A DNA stretch of 51,766 nt from Patescibacteria group bacterium (GTDB lineage Bacteria > Patescibacteriota > Kazan-3B-28). Below, piece after piece: positions 42,910 to 51,766 of this stretch. The stretch is from the NCBI GenBank assembly GCA_022703745.1, contig JAKLDB010000001.1, positions 1 to 51,766 on the forward strand, written 5' to 3'. The translations under genes and the position numbers were made by a program. The notes under the pieces were generated by a model, which saw only the letters and a list, made by a program, of their open reading frames with translations, was not told where the DNA came from and ran no database searches. Every line of letters begins with the position of its first letter. Position 1 is the stretch's first letter.

Positions 42910-44862
42910 ATGCTGGCCAAACTGTTGTCTTGGAAAGCTGTGGGAGTGGCATTGCTTACTGCTACAGCGGTCTGGGCATCAGTTGGCCCAGACAGTTTGC
43001 TGCAAAACTCTATTGGAGACGATTTGCGGGCATGGAAGGCTAAGGGTCGTTGGGTTGAACTTAGCGACAGTCAGCCGTTGGGGAATCGGTATCCTGTTGT
43101 TCTCGTTCTTGGAATGAATGGGTCTGGGGAAATAGATGGCCCATCGGAGGACGATTTTCGCAGGATGACAAATTCCTTGCTTTCTAATTGCCAAGCGATC
43201 TACCTAGAAGAATGTGGGAAAGAATTGTATAACCAGACTAAATGGTATGGTTATTGGTACAATTCTGGTTTTGGCGATTCTAATATCGCAGGGTGGCTGG
43301 ATGCGAAGATCGAAAATGATCCCGACCTTACTAAAGCGGGACAGAAGCTTTCGTTAGTTTGCCATAGCAAGGGCGGAAATGTGGCTTACTGCTACTGGGT
43401 GCGAACTAGTGGCAGAAAAGTGGATCGAGTAATTACTCTTTCTACTCCGCATTTAGGGAGTTCTTTAGTGGATAAGGCGAAAGTAAAAAAAGCGGTTCAG
43501 AAACTTTTTCCATACTTTCATAAAGTGTGGTGGAAGTTTTTGGAGCCACGCCTGCCTCCCGATTCGGAAGGGACAAGGTGGTTGCGTACCGACTGCGCTG
43601 AGATGCGGGACTTGCATTCCAAACATTCGCTTACCAAAGACTGGCTTTTGGTCGGGAGTAAAATTCCATCATTGAGTCAGAGTTTAATGGGGCGGAACAT
43701 TGGAATTGCATTTCTGGCTAGTTCCAAGCTTCCTTTTGGGGCTAATCAAGATCGGCCGGTTTACACTTTAGGTGCTCGGCTAATCGAAGATTTAGTGTAC
43801 GAGGGAAGTGACGGGATGGTTCCATTGAGTTCGGCCTGGTGCGAAGGATATGCCGGAGATGCTAGTACTCTGCTGGTTGCAAATCACGACCATGCGGAGA
43901 TGTTGCAGGGGAATGGTAGTCTGGAAGTTCATCGTGCAGTTATCGATTGGCTGTTTCCAAGGATCTTGCAGAAAACTGAGCCAAAAATTGGCAGATTTGA
44001 TCTTTGGTTGCCAGATGTTCCTGTTACCAACATTCCTCAAACACAAGCTGATGGTCTGGATCAGGCGCGTTTGGCGTGGATTAATGAGGATGGTGGTATC
44101 TCTGTTGCAGATAGTCAGTTTGCTAACCCACGCAAACTCTATTTGCCAGAAGGTTTGTATTCCTGGCCACAGTGGATGGACGACAAATTACTTGCGACAT
44201 GGAACCATGCGGGTGGTTCGGACATTGTTCTGATTTCCGGTAACAAAGTCGTCCAGCTAACAAGGAACGGGAAGAGCTCTCTATCTTCTGTTGGAGAGGG
44301 ACTAATTGTCTTCGTTAGCGACGGGGACTTGGTCCTAAGAACAAACGGGGGTCTTTCTAGGGTGCTCGTTCGGGGTCCTATTTCAGTCCAATACCCGCCG
44401 GTGGTTTTGGGAGGCAAGGTCTATTTTTCTACAACTAATTCTTCCGGTGGTGATCTTAGGTGGGTGAGTCTGGAGGCAAATGGATGTTCTTTGACCAAAA
44501 CTAGATTAGTGGATACTAGGACGCTTTGTCCTATAAAGATCGGGTCAGTATTGCTGGCTATACGGGCAGAGGCGGATCAATCCACTGTTAGTGTTGTTAC
44601 TGGCCAGTGGGGGACTTTGCGGATGAGTCTAATGGCTGGTACTAAGGCACTGAACGAAGTGCTTTCCGACGGTCAAATCCCCATGCCTACCTTAGTAGGC
44701 ATGGACAGTCAGGAGAGTTGGCTGTATCTGGCTATAGGCGGAGATATCCGTCAGTTAGATCTGGCAGAGATAGTTTCCGCTATCGCCAGAGGTGACGAGT
44801 CCATTGACTTTGACCGGGCTGCTATCTGGCGGGCTAAAGGTACTCAGTTCGATGTAAAGTGA
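42910..44862 (+). CDS. Secreted alpha/beta-hydrolase (lipase/PGAP1-like) fused to a beta-rich, propeller-like C-terminal domain
   Basis: 650 aa. AAGGAGGTG lies upstream of the ATG. A signal peptide is present. The nucleophile elbow is LVCHSKGGN. Candidate acid and base residues are SDGMVPL and ANHDHAEML. Confidence 0.5.
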   Translation: MLAKLLSWKAVGVALLTATAVWASVGPDSLLQNSIGDDLRAWKAKGRWVELSDSQPLGNRYPVVLVLGMNGSGEIDGPSEDDFRRMTNSLLSNCQAIYLEECGKELYNQTKWYGYWYNSGFGDSNIAGWLDAKIENDPDLTKAGQKLSLVCHSKGGNVAYCYWVRTSGRKVDRVITLSTPHLGSSLVDKAKVKKAVQKLFPYFHKVWWKFLEPRLPPDSEGTRWLRTDCAEMRDLHSKHSLTKDWLLVGSKIPSLSQSLMGRNIGIAFLASSKLPFGANQDRPVYTLGARLIEDLVYEGSDGMVPLSSAWCEGYAGDASTLLVANHDHAEMLQGNGSLEVHRAVIDWLFPRILQKTEPKIGRFDLWLPDVPVTNIPQTQADGLDQARLAWINEDGGISVADSQFANPRKLYLPEGLYSWPQWMDDKLLATWNHAGGSDIVLISGNKVVQLTRNGKSSLSSVGEGLIVFVSDGDLVLRTNGGLSRVLVRGPISVQYPPVVLGGKVYFSTTNSSGGDLRWVSLEANGCSLTKTRLVDTRTLCPIKIGSVLLAIRAEADQSTVSVVTGQWGTLRMSLMAGTKALNEVLSDGQIPMPTLVGMDSQESWLYLAIGGDIRQLDLAEIVSAIARGDESIDFDRAAIWRAKGTQFDVK

Positions 44863-44872
44863 ACCTTTCTAA

Positions 44873-44906
44873 GTCCCCACTCCTGTATAAAAGGAGTGGG
44901 GACTTT
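44873..44906 (+). terminator. Intrinsic terminator
   Basis: gtccccactcc (44873-44883) pairs with ggagtggggac (44893-44903) and is followed by ttt. Confidence 0.6.
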
Positions 44907-44916
44907 GCGAAAAACC

Positions 44917-44945
44917 TTGCGCTGGAGACGGCCTTTTGGTAGGAT
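44917..44945 (+). promoter_or_regulatory. Sigma70-type promoter for rplS
   Basis: TTGCGC (44917-44922), a 17-nt spacer, then TAGGAT (44940-44945). The rplS ATG is 9 nt downstream and has no SD. Confidence 0.4.
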
Positions 44946-44954
44946 GTTCGGGTT

Positions 44955-45578
44955 ATGAACTCAATTGCTGAACCAATTTTGAAGCTGTTCCGTAAGTCCG
45001 ATGTGCCCAAGATAGAGGTTGGGGACGTGGTGCGTGTGCATCAAAAGATTCGTGAGGGTAATAAGGAGCGGATACAGGTTTTTGAAGGCATTGTAATTGC
45101 GACTAATCATGGTGTGAGCGCAAATGCTAGTTTTACTGTACGAAAGATTGCTTCTGGCATTGGAGTAGAAAAAGTTTTCTTGCTTCATTCTCCTAATGTG
45201 GTGAAGGTTGAATTCAAACAAAGCTCTGCCGCTAAAAGAGCGAAGTTGTATTTTCTTCGGGCTTTGACAGGTAAGGCATTGAAGATGAAGGAGAGTGGAC
45301 GTAAGAAAGAGGCATGGGCAGAGGCCTTGGGACAGGTAGAAGAAGTAAAGACAGAGGCTACTGAAGAAGATATTGCTGAGGCGGTAAAAGCGGAAGAAGA
45401 GAAAAAGGCGGAAGAGATTCAGGATCAGCCAATTCAGGAGGAAAGTGAATCTTTGGGATCCGATTCCCAGCCGGAGGTAAACGATGGAATCAAAGAGCAA
45501 AACCCGGGGGAAGAGCAATCAGTTGCTGACCAGTCCGACGCTGGAGCTGGAAACGACACTGAAGGCGGCCGGAGTTAA
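44955..45578 (+). CDS. rplS: Ribosomal protein bL19 with an acidic C-terminal extension of about 85 aa
   Basis: 207 aa. The bL19 core is VGDVVRVHQKIREGNKERIQVFEGIVIA...AKLYFLR. After ...GKALKMKE the sequence is E/D/A/Q-rich low complexity. Confidence 0.9.
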   Translation: MNSIAEPILKLFRKSDVPKIEVGDVVRVHQKIREGNKERIQVFEGIVIATNHGVSANASFTVRKIASGIGVEKVFLLHSPNVVKVEFKQSSAAKRAKLYFLRALTGKALKMKESGRKKEAWAEALGQVEEVKTEATEEDIAEAVKAEEEKKAEEIQDQPIQEESESLGSDSQPEVNDGIKEQNPGEEQSVADQSDAGAGNDTEGGRS

Positions 45579-46167
45579 GTTAGTTGCTGGAGTAGATGAA
45601 GCTGGTCGAGGCGCTTGGGCTGGACCGGTTGTTGCCGCTGCAGTTATTTTACCTTCCGAACTTCCAGAAAAAACAGGGATCAATGATTCGAAACAACTAA
45701 GTCCTGCGCAACGGGATGAGCTTTTGGTGAAGATAGAAAGGTTGGCCGTAGCTATTGGGGTCGGCGTGGTGGAAGTGGATGAAGTGGATAGGTTGGGGGT
45801 GGCACAAGCGACCTATGTTGCTATGGCGAAAGCGATTGAGGGACTAAAGAAGAAACCCGATTTTATTCTAGTGGATGGTTTTAAGGTAAATTTTTCTCAA
45901 GCCCCTAGTAGCGGGATTATTGATGGAGATAGGAAGTCAATGTCTATTGCGGCGGCCTCGATTGTAGCGAAGGTCTTAAGAGACCGACTTATGGTAGATT
46001 TGCACCAGAAGTACCCTAGATTCGGGTTTGCTATTCATAAAGGATATGGTACTGCCTTACATCAGGAGAGGATCGCCAAACATGGGATTTGCGGAGCACA
46101 TCGAAAGAGCTTCGCACCGGTGAAAGTGGTCTTAAGGAGTAAGTTTACTCAGTCTACTCTTGACTAG
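45484..46167 (+). CDS. rnhB: Ribonuclease HII (start uncertain: ATG 45484 or TTG 45523)
   Basis: AGVDEAGRGAWAGPVVAAAVIL is the RNase HII active-site block, and DGDRKSMSIAAASIVAKV is also present. Every possible start lies inside the rplS tail-coding region. Confidence 0.8.
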   Translation: MESKSKTRGKSNQLLTSPTLELETTLKAAGVKLVAGVDEAGRGAWAGPVVAAAVILPSELPEKTGINDSKQLSPAQRDELLVKIERLAVAIGVGVVEVDEVDRLGVAQATYVAMAKAIEGLKKKPDFILVDGFKVNFSQAPSSGIIDGDRKSMSIAAASIVAKVLRDRLMVDLHQKYPRFGFAIHKGYGTALHQERIAKHGICGAHRKSFAPVKVVLRSKFTQSTLD

Positions 46168-46188
46168 GGGAGTAGTTTTTTGTATAGT
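46160..46188 (+). promoter_or_regulatory. Sigma70-type promoter for nusA
   Basis: TTGACT (46160-46165), a 17-nt spacer, then TATAGT (46183-46188). It overlaps the rnhB stop. Confidence 0.45.
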
Positions 46189-46268
46189 GTGGGCGTTGTT
46201 ATGAGCAGGTTTGATACTCAAGCCTGCTGGTTTATGATAGGTATAGTAGTTAGATAAAGGATAGTCTT

Positions 46269-47405
46269 ATGGCATCTGAATTTATGGCAGCGATCATGCA
46301 GATCGCAGAAGAAAAAGGGATTTCGAGAGAGGCCGTTCTAGAAACGGTGGAAGCAGCGTTAGCAGCTGCATATCGAAAAGATTTTGGTCAGAAAGAGCAA
46401 TTGGTTGTTGCACAGATGGATCCCAAGAGTGAAAAAGCTCGTCTTTTTGTGGTGCATAAAATAGTGGAAGAAGTAGAGGATCCGGTAAAGGAAATTTCTC
46501 TAAAAGATGCTAAGAAGATGGATAAGAAAGCTGAAGTTGGCGGAGAGATTCGTGAAGAAGTTTTTCCTCCAGCGGAATATGGTCGGGTTGCAGCACAAAC
46601 TGCTAAGCAGGTTATTTTGCAAAGGTTGCGAGAAGCAGAACGAACAATGATATTCCAAGAGTATAAGGAAAAAGAAGGTCAGTTGATTAACGGAACTATT
46701 CAACGGGTAGAAGGGAATGTGGTAATGGTGGATATTGGAAAATCGACTGGTATCTTATTCCCATCCGAACAATCTCGAACTGATCATTATTACTCTGGTC
46801 AGAGAATGAAATTTTATATCGTAAAGGTTGATGATTCAGCTAAGGAACCACAAGTTCTTTTGTCTCGTTCCCATCCGCAGATGATAGCCCGTCTATTTGA
46901 AATGGAGGTTCCAGAAATTGCTGGTGGAACGGTAGAAATAAAAGGAGTGGCTAGAGAAGCGGGAGTGCGTTCAAAAGTTGCCGTTCACTCTTTGCAAGAA
47001 GCAGTGGATCCAGTGGGTTCTCTGGTGGGAAGACGGGGAGTTAGGGTCCAGGCAGTAATGGCGGAAATTGGAGAAGAAAAGATAGATATTGTTTTATGGG
47101 GTGAGGATCCTAAGCAGTATATAATCAACGCATTGTCTCCAGCTAAGATTAAGGAAGTGGTGTTGGATGAGGAAAATCATTCGGCGCTAATTAAAGTAGA
47201 AGAGGATCAGTTGTCGTTAGCGATTGGTAAGGCTGGTCAGAATGTAAGATTGGCAAGTAAGTTGACTGGATGGCAGATTGAGGTAGAAAAAGGTAGTCAC
47301 GCGCTTGGTCATTCCGAGGATGAAACAGAAGAGACAGAAGAAGTGTTGTCTACGGAAGAGGAGAAGCCGAGCGAAGAACCTACTGGTGAGGAACCAGAAG
47401 TCTAA
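46269..47405 (+). CDS. nusA: Transcription termination/antitermination factor NusA (no AR1/AR2 domains, short acidic tail)
   Basis: 378 aa with N-terminal, S1 and two KH domains (LLSRSHPQMIARLFEMEVPEI, GRRGVRVQAVMAEIGEEKIDIV, AIGKAGQNVRLASKLTGW). Confidence 0.9.
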   Translation: MASEFMAAIMQIAEEKGISREAVLETVEAALAAAYRKDFGQKEQLVVAQMDPKSEKARLFVVHKIVEEVEDPVKEISLKDAKKMDKKAEVGGEIREEVFPPAEYGRVAAQTAKQVILQRLREAERTMIFQEYKEKEGQLINGTIQRVEGNVVMVDIGKSTGILFPSEQSRTDHYYSGQRMKFYIVKVDDSAKEPQVLLSRSHPQMIARLFEMEVPEIAGGTVEIKGVAREAGVRSKVAVHSLQEAVDPVGSLVGRRGVRVQAVMAEIGEEKIDIVLWGEDPKQYIINALSPAKIKEVVLDEENHSALIKVEEDQLSLAIGKAGQNVRLASKLTGWQIEVEKGSHALGHSEDETEETEEVLSTEEEKPSEEPTGEEPEV

Positions 47406-47424
47406 ACGGGGTAAGGGGGAGATC

Positions 47425-49902
47425 ATGGATAATTATTTTTTAGACAAATTCACCACTAACGCCAAGAAGGTATTAACCAATGCCCAGAAATTGGCACGTG
47501 ATTTAGGTGATGCGCATTTAGGTAGTGAACATTTATTGCTTGCTATGTTGAATGTGCGGAGTGGTTCTGCTTACGAGGTGCTGAGTAGTTTGGGTGTAAG
47601 CGGAGAGCGAGTTGAAATGATGATGGGTCTGGTACAACGCGGTTCTGGACAGAGAGTTGGACTGACTGATAACGCAAAAAGATCCATTGAGGGAGCCGTG
47701 TTGGTGGCAGCTCAATATGGAAGTTTTTATATAGGAACAGAACATTTGTTGTTTGCAATGGCACAGAGTAGAGGAAGTCGTGCATATGCCATTTTATTGG
47801 AATTAGGTGTAGACCCAGGTGTAGTGGCAACTCAAGTTGCAGCACTCATGGAGGCTAATCGCGAACGTGAACCTCGGGTTCGAGTGGGAGCTACGGAAGG
47901 CAGCGGAGACAGCAAGAGTACTACCCCAATCCTTGATCAATTTAGTGTAGATATTACCAATATGGCAAGAGAAGGAAAGATTGATCCGGTAATAGGAAGG
48001 GATCAGGAAATAGCTCGGGTCATACAAATACTGAATCGTCGTACTAAGAACAACCCGGTACTATTGGGTGAGCCGGGAATTGGTAAAACTGCAATTGCAG
48101 AAGGTTTGGCACTTATGGTACGGGATGGTAATGTGCCTGAGAATTTGAAGAAGAAAAGAATCATGGCGATTAACCCATCTGCCATGGTGGCGGGAACTAA
48201 ATACAGGGGAGAGTTCGAAGACAGAATAAACCAAATGGTAGATGAGGTCAGCAAAGCAGCTGATGTAGTTTTATTCGTAGATGAACTTCATACATTAGTT
48301 GGTGCTGGAAGTGCAGAGGGAAGTCTAGATGCGGCTAATATATTGAAGCCAGCATTGGCTCGGGGAGCTTTGCAGATGATAGGGGCTACAACTTTGGATG
48401 AATATCGTAAGCATATTGAAAAAGATGCTGCTTTGGAAAGACGTTTCCAGCCAGTAATGGTCAGCGAACCGACAGCTGACGATACGATAAAAATCATCAA
48501 GGGTGTTCGGAAGAACTATGAAAGTTATCACAAAGTAAATATTACCGATAAGGCTATCGAAGCAGCTGTAAATCTGTCTGTGCGCTATATCAACGATCGT
48601 TTTTTGCCAGATAAAGCAATAGATCTAATAGATGAAGCGGCTTCGGCAGTAAGGATTTCTTCGGGAATAAGTGAGCCAGAGTTGGCGAATACCGAAAAAG
48701 AAGAGTTGGCTAAAACAACTGCTCAGAAAGAGGAAGCAATAGACAGGCAGGACTATGAAACAGCAGCTAAGTTGCGTGCGGCTGAGATCCGACTGAAGAA
48801 AAAAATAGAAGCCCTTTCAAAACAGCATCATGACGGGAAGAAGACTGGTTGGCCCAAAGTAGATGACAAAGACATTGCCAAGGTTGTTTCTCAGTGGACC
48901 AATATTCCAGTGGGTAATCTGGCAGCTGATGAGATTGAAAGGTTGCAGGATTTAGATAAGATTTTAAGGAATCGGATTATTGGACAAGATGAGGCGGTTG
49001 AGGCGGTGGCGTCTGCGATCAAGCGCTCAAGGGTGGATATCGGGAATCCTGATCGCCCAATGGGATCATTTCTGTTTTTGGGTCCAACCGGAGTCGGAAA
49101 GACTGAACTTGCCAAAGTGTTGGCCGAAGAAGTGTTTAGAGACAGAGATGCTTTGATAAAAATAGATATGAGCGAGTTTAGTGAGCGACATACTGTTTCT
49201 CGGTTGGTCGGTGCTCCTCCCGGATATGTGGGTTACGAAGAGGCGGGCAAACTTACTGAAGCAGTACGGCGCAAACCATATTCCGTAGTGCTGATGGATG
49301 AGGTAGAAAAGGCACATCCGGAAGTGATGAATATTTTATTGCAGATGCTTGAAGATGGATCCCTAACGGATGCTAAAGGCAGAAGAGTGAGCTTCAGAAA
49401 TACTATTGTTATCCTTACTTCTAATGTCGGAACAGAGGCGTTGAATCGGCATGCGGTTTTGGGATTTAGTCGAGGAACAGATGCAATGCAGGATTATGAC
49501 AAAATCAAAGACCAAGTTTTAGATGAAGTAAAGAAAAGGTTCCGTCCAGAACTTGTGAATCGATTTGATAAAGTTATTGTTTTCAAGGCGCTTGGTTCGA
49601 TAGAGATTGAGAAGATTGTCGAGTTGCAACTTAACGATTTAATGAAGAGACTAGATAGGCAGAAAATAAAGTTGGATGTAGGAGCTGGTGCTAGGAAATG
49701 GTTGGCAGAGCATGGTTTTGAGCCAGAACTTGGTGCGAGACCTGTTAGAAGACTGATTCAAACAATGATAGAAGATCGACTGGCAGAAGGAATTTTGGCA
49801 AAACAGTTTGCTAAGGGATCGACGGTAAAAGTTGAGCAAGTAGATGACAAGTTGGTTTTGAGCTCGGCTCGGCCAAGAGCACGAGTAAAAGCAGCGGTGT
49901 AG
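47425..49902 (+). CDS. clpC: ClpC-type AAA+ chaperone (Clp ATPase subunit)
   Basis: 825 aa from ATG 47425, with AAGGGGGAG upstream. Clp_N repeats are present. There are two P-loops ([16 protein letters not shown]). The short middle domain has the UVR-like motif [15 protein letters not shown]. Confidence 0.85.
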   Translation: MDNYFLDKFTTNAKKVLTNAQKLARDLGDAHLGSEHLLLAMLNVRSGSAYEVLSSLGVSGERVEMMMGLVQRGSGQRVGLTDNAKRSIEGAVLVAAQYGSFYIGTEHLLFAMAQSRGSRAYAILLELGVDPGVVATQVAALMEANREREPRVRVGATEGSGDSKSTTPILDQFSVDITNMAREGKIDPVIGRDQEIARVIQILNRRTKNNPVLLGEPGIGKTAIAEGLALMVRDGNVPENLKKKRIMAINPSAMVAGTKYRGEFEDRINQMVDEVSKAADVVLFVDELHTLVGAGSAEGSLDAANILKPALARGALQMIGATTLDEYRKHIEKDAALERRFQPVMVSEPTADDTIKIIKGVRKNYESYHKVNITDKAIEAAVNLSVRYINDRFLPDKAIDLIDEAASAVRISSGISEPELANTEKEELAKTTAQKEEAIDRQDYETAAKLRAAEIRLKKKIEALSKQHHDGKKTGWPKVDDKDIAKVVSQWTNIPVGNLAADEIERLQDLDKILRNRIIGQDEAVEAVASAIKRSRVDIGNPDRPMGSFLFLGPTGVGKTELAKVLAEEVFRDRDALIKIDMSEFSERHTVSRLVGAPPGYVGYEEAGKLTEAVRRKPYSVVLMDEVEKAHPEVMNILLQMLEDGSLTDAKGRRVSFRNTIVILTSNVGTEALNRHAVLGFSRGTDAMQDYDKIKDQVLDEVKKRFRPELVNRFDKVIVFKALGSIEIEKIVELQLNDLMKRLDRQKIKLDVGAGARKWLAEHGFEPELGARPVRRLIQTMIEDRLAEGILAKQFAKGSTVKVEQVDDKLVLSSARPRARVKAAV

Positions 49903-49949
49903 GGGGACTTATCTTTGGTTTTATTAGGATTTATCTAAACAATTAGTTT

Positions 49950-50921
49950 ATGATCTGGCAGATTCTTATTGGTGCGTTACTGCTATTCCTCGTAGTTTAT
50001 GTGGTGATAGCGAAGAAGATATCGATGATTCCATCGTCGGTGTTTGTAATGACGTTACTGGGGGTGATAGTGGGGCTTTCTATCGGGACGCTGGTTTCCT
50101 TACCTCTCGCTAAAATGTCAGGAGTGTGGGGGGTTTGGTTGCCACTACTGGTAAACATTTTTACGGTAGCTTTGACTACTACTTTTTTTTACAACCAAAG
50201 AGAAAAGATTGGGGCTTCTCTAACTCAATTTTTTTCGTTGATGGATACTTTGGTGAAGGAGACAAAAAAGTTACGGAGAGATACTCCGGGTGGATTGGTG
50301 GAGGGGGGAATAGTGCTTGATACTAGTGTGATTATTGATGGGAGAATAGCGGATTTGGTAAAAATCGGGTTTGTTTCGGGAAAGCTAATATTGCCCAGAT
50401 TTGTTTTGGATGAGTTGCAGCTGGTAGCAGACTCGGAAGAAGCTATTCGACGCAATAAAGGCAGAAGAGGATTGGAAGTTTTAGATGAACTTAGACACGA
50501 GCGTAATGTCCGATTGGATGTAGTGGATGACGATTTCATCACTGAACCAGATGTGGATTCGAAGATTATTCGGTTGAGCAAGAAATATCATGCTCGGTTG
50601 ATGACAGTGGACTACAATCTTAATCGGGTGGCAAGAATCCAGAACGTGGTCGTTTTGAATATCAACGAACTTAACAATGCTCTTCGTCCTGTGGTATTGC
50701 CTGGAGAAGCGATGAAGCTTAGGGTAATACAATCAGGGAAAGACGTTGGTCAGGGCGTAGGGTATCTAGATGACGGCACAATGGTGGTGGTGGAAGGGGG
50801 AGATCGGTCTATTGGGCAGGAAATTGAAGTGGTAGTGACCAGGGTGTTTCAGACCGTAGCTGGCAAAATGATTTTCACAATGCCAAAGGATAAGTACCAA
50901 GAGAGAAGAAGAGTGATATAA
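49950..50921 (+). CDS. Membrane-anchored PIN-TRAM protein (YacL-like)
   Basis: 323 aa. Three to four N-terminal TM helices are followed by a PIN block (IVLDTSVIIDGRI...LDELQ) and a C-terminal TRAM-like beta domain (LRVIQSGKDVGQGVGYLDDGTMVVVEGG). Confidence 0.7.
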   Translation: MIWQILIGALLLFLVVYVVIAKKISMIPSSVFVMTLLGVIVGLSIGTLVSLPLAKMSGVWGVWLPLLVNIFTVALTTTFFYNQREKIGASLTQFFSLMDTLVKETKKLRRDTPGGLVEGGIVLDTSVIIDGRIADLVKIGFVSGKLILPRFVLDELQLVADSEEAIRRNKGRRGLEVLDELRHERNVRLDVVDDDFITEPDVDSKIIRLSKKYHARLMTVDYNLNRVARIQNVVVLNINELNNALRPVVLPGEAMKLRVIQSGKDVGQGVGYLDDGTMVVVEGGDRSIGQEIEVVVTRVFQTVAGKMIFTMPKDKYQERRRVI

Positions 50922-50943
50922 ATTACGGTAGTTGACTAAGAGA

Positions 50944-50970
50944 CTGCTTTCTTGACTGAAAGCAGATTTT
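50944..50970 (+). terminator. Candidate intrinsic terminator after the yacL-like gene
   Basis: ctgctttc (50944-50951) pairs with gaaagcag (50958-50965) and is followed by atttt. The loop is the -35 box of the next promoter. Confidence 0.4.
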
Positions 50971-50980
50971 GTGGTATAAT
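50952..50980 (+). promoter_or_regulatory. Near-consensus sigma70 promoter with an extended -10
   Basis: TTGACT (50952-50957), a 17-nt spacer, then TGgTATAAT (50972-50980). It lies 30 nt upstream of ATG 51011. Confidence 0.55.
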
Positions 50981-51010
50981 GAACAATAAAATTAAAACAA
51001 AAACAGCTTG

Positions 51011-51766
51011 ATGAAAATCAGCTTCAATCGTCATAAATTATTGCAATGGCTAGAGCGCGAGTTGTGTGCTGTTTTGGCAGTTTTGGTTTTAGTGGGTGGC
51101 TTGGTATGGACTACTCAAGCAGGGACGACTGCCGATATAGAAGTGTCTATTAGCGTACTTCCTGCAGCTGGGACAATTCAGCTTAATGTACCTAACGGTG
51201 GTGAAAGCTGGGAGATTGGAACTTCACACAATATCGAATGGGTTGCGGGTGCGGGAATAACCGATGTCAAGTTGGAACTGCAACGAACTACTGGTGGAGC
51301 TTGGGAAACAATCGTAGAATCGGTAGCGGTTACCCCAGCTAGCTATCCATGGACAGTCACTGGAGCAGCTACTGCTACTGCAATTGTGAAAATTAGTGAT
51401 GCCACAAATCCCGCCATTACAGATGTCAGCAACGGGGTATTTGCTCTTACTGAAGCGGTAGTTCCGCCCGTAATACCAACTCCTGGTGGTGGCGGTGGTA
51501 GTGGTGCTTTTGTGCTTTCTCCCGCTCTTTCTAGCGTGGTCCCAAGTTCGTTTGTTAACACAACGGAAGTGACATTGGATGTATTTGGTTCTAACTTTGA
51601 ATACAATACAGTTTTTAAATTGGGCGATTCTAGTTTGAGAATGTTGTGGACGGGTAATCATTCACATGTTCGGCTAAAGGTGCCAAAAGGTTTTCGTCCA
51701 GGCGAATATGTCTTAGCTGTGTACAACAGCAACGGTACGTTAGCAACCTGGGATAAGAAGATAAAA
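51011..51766 (+). CDS. Secreted or anchored surface protein with Ig-like/IPT-like modules, 5' fragment (open to the window end, absent from the ORF track)
   Basis: I translated it by hand from ATG 51011: MKISFNRHKLLQWLERELCAVLAVLVLVGGLVWTTQAGTTADIEVSI...GESWEIGTSHNIEWVAG...PPVIPTPGGGGGSGAFV...EVTLDVFGSNFEYN...GEYVLAVYNSNG. There are 252 codons and no stop before nt 51766. Confidence 0.6.
   Translation, partial: MKISFNRHKLLQWLERELCAVLAVLVLVGGLVWTTQAGTTADIEVSISVLPAAGTIQLNVPNGGESWEIGTSHNIEWVAGAGITDVKLELQRTTGGAWETIVESVAVTPASYPWTVTGAATATAIVKISDATNPAITDVSNGVFALTEAVVPPVIPTPGGGGGSGAFVLSPALSSVVPSSFVNTTEVTLDVFGSNFEYNTVFKLGDSSLRMLWTGNHSHVRLKVPKGFRPGEYVLAVYNSNGTLATWDKKIK

Noticed and set aside
1-51766. 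Looked for mobile or defence content: CRISPR repeats, transposase, integrase or recombinase, reverse transcriptase/DGR, toxin-antitoxin pairs, restriction-modification.
   Set aside because: I saw no repeat-spacer periodicity, and no ORF carries the corresponding catalytic motifs. All large ORFs are accounted for by housekeeping or envelope functions. The tRNA cluster has no adjacent integrase or direct-repeat scar that I could see.
1-51766. Alternative genetic code (UGA recoding, as in some CPR lineages).
   Set aside because: TGA terminates well-conserved genes at the expected positions (valS 9785-9787, the 650-aa gene 44860-44862). Conserved proteins translate without in-frame TGA, so the standard bacterial code fits.

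Overview
This 51.8-kb chromosomal window is densely packed with genes and uses the standard genetic code (TGA is used as a stop, e.g. valS 9785-9787). I saw no IS element, integrase, reverse transcriptase, CRISPR array or rRNA. The housekeeping genes are recF (cut by the window edge), mutM, polA, a murE-like ligase, a femX-like gene, tsaD, valS, trpS, leuS, dnaE, rplS, rnhB, nusA, clpC, yacL-like, tadA, galU, hsp20 and comFC. There are five tRNA genes, all with the CCA end encoded. Several enzymes are conspicuously shortened: PolA has no room for a 3'-5' exonuclease domain, and ValRS stops before the usual C-terminal domain. Many predicted envelope proteins have a single N-terminal anchor. By inference only, this reads like a reduced-genome, monoderm-type (CPR/Patescibacteria-like) organism. 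The most interesting content is a tightly coupled seven-gene minus-strand operon (19077 to 9771) behind a near-consensus promoter. It combines type IV secretion parts (a VirB6-like polytopic protein, a PrgI/VirB3-like protein, an extra VirB4-N-domain-like protein and a VirB4 ATPase) with a calcium-repeat surface protein and a GspE/PilB-type rather than VirB11-type ATPase. No VirD4, relaxase, PilC or prepilin is visible. Two VirB2/TrbC-like mini-pilin paralogues lie 5 kb away, at the end of an hsp20-galU-orphan SBP operon. A divergent pair of large envelope proteins shares the T4SS promoter region. Other notable points:
- a mixed tRNA/mRNA unit in which tadA follows its own substrate gene, tRNA-Arg(ACG)
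- a zero-spacer tRNA-Arg/tRNA-Ser junction
- a frame-disrupted leuS
- bL19 with a long acidic tail that overlaps rnhB
- recurrent -10 boxes placed 6-10 nt upstream of start codons, which suggests leaderless mRNAs
- an ORF open to the 3' window edge that the ORF track missed
All family assignments come from reading motifs by eye. No searches were run.
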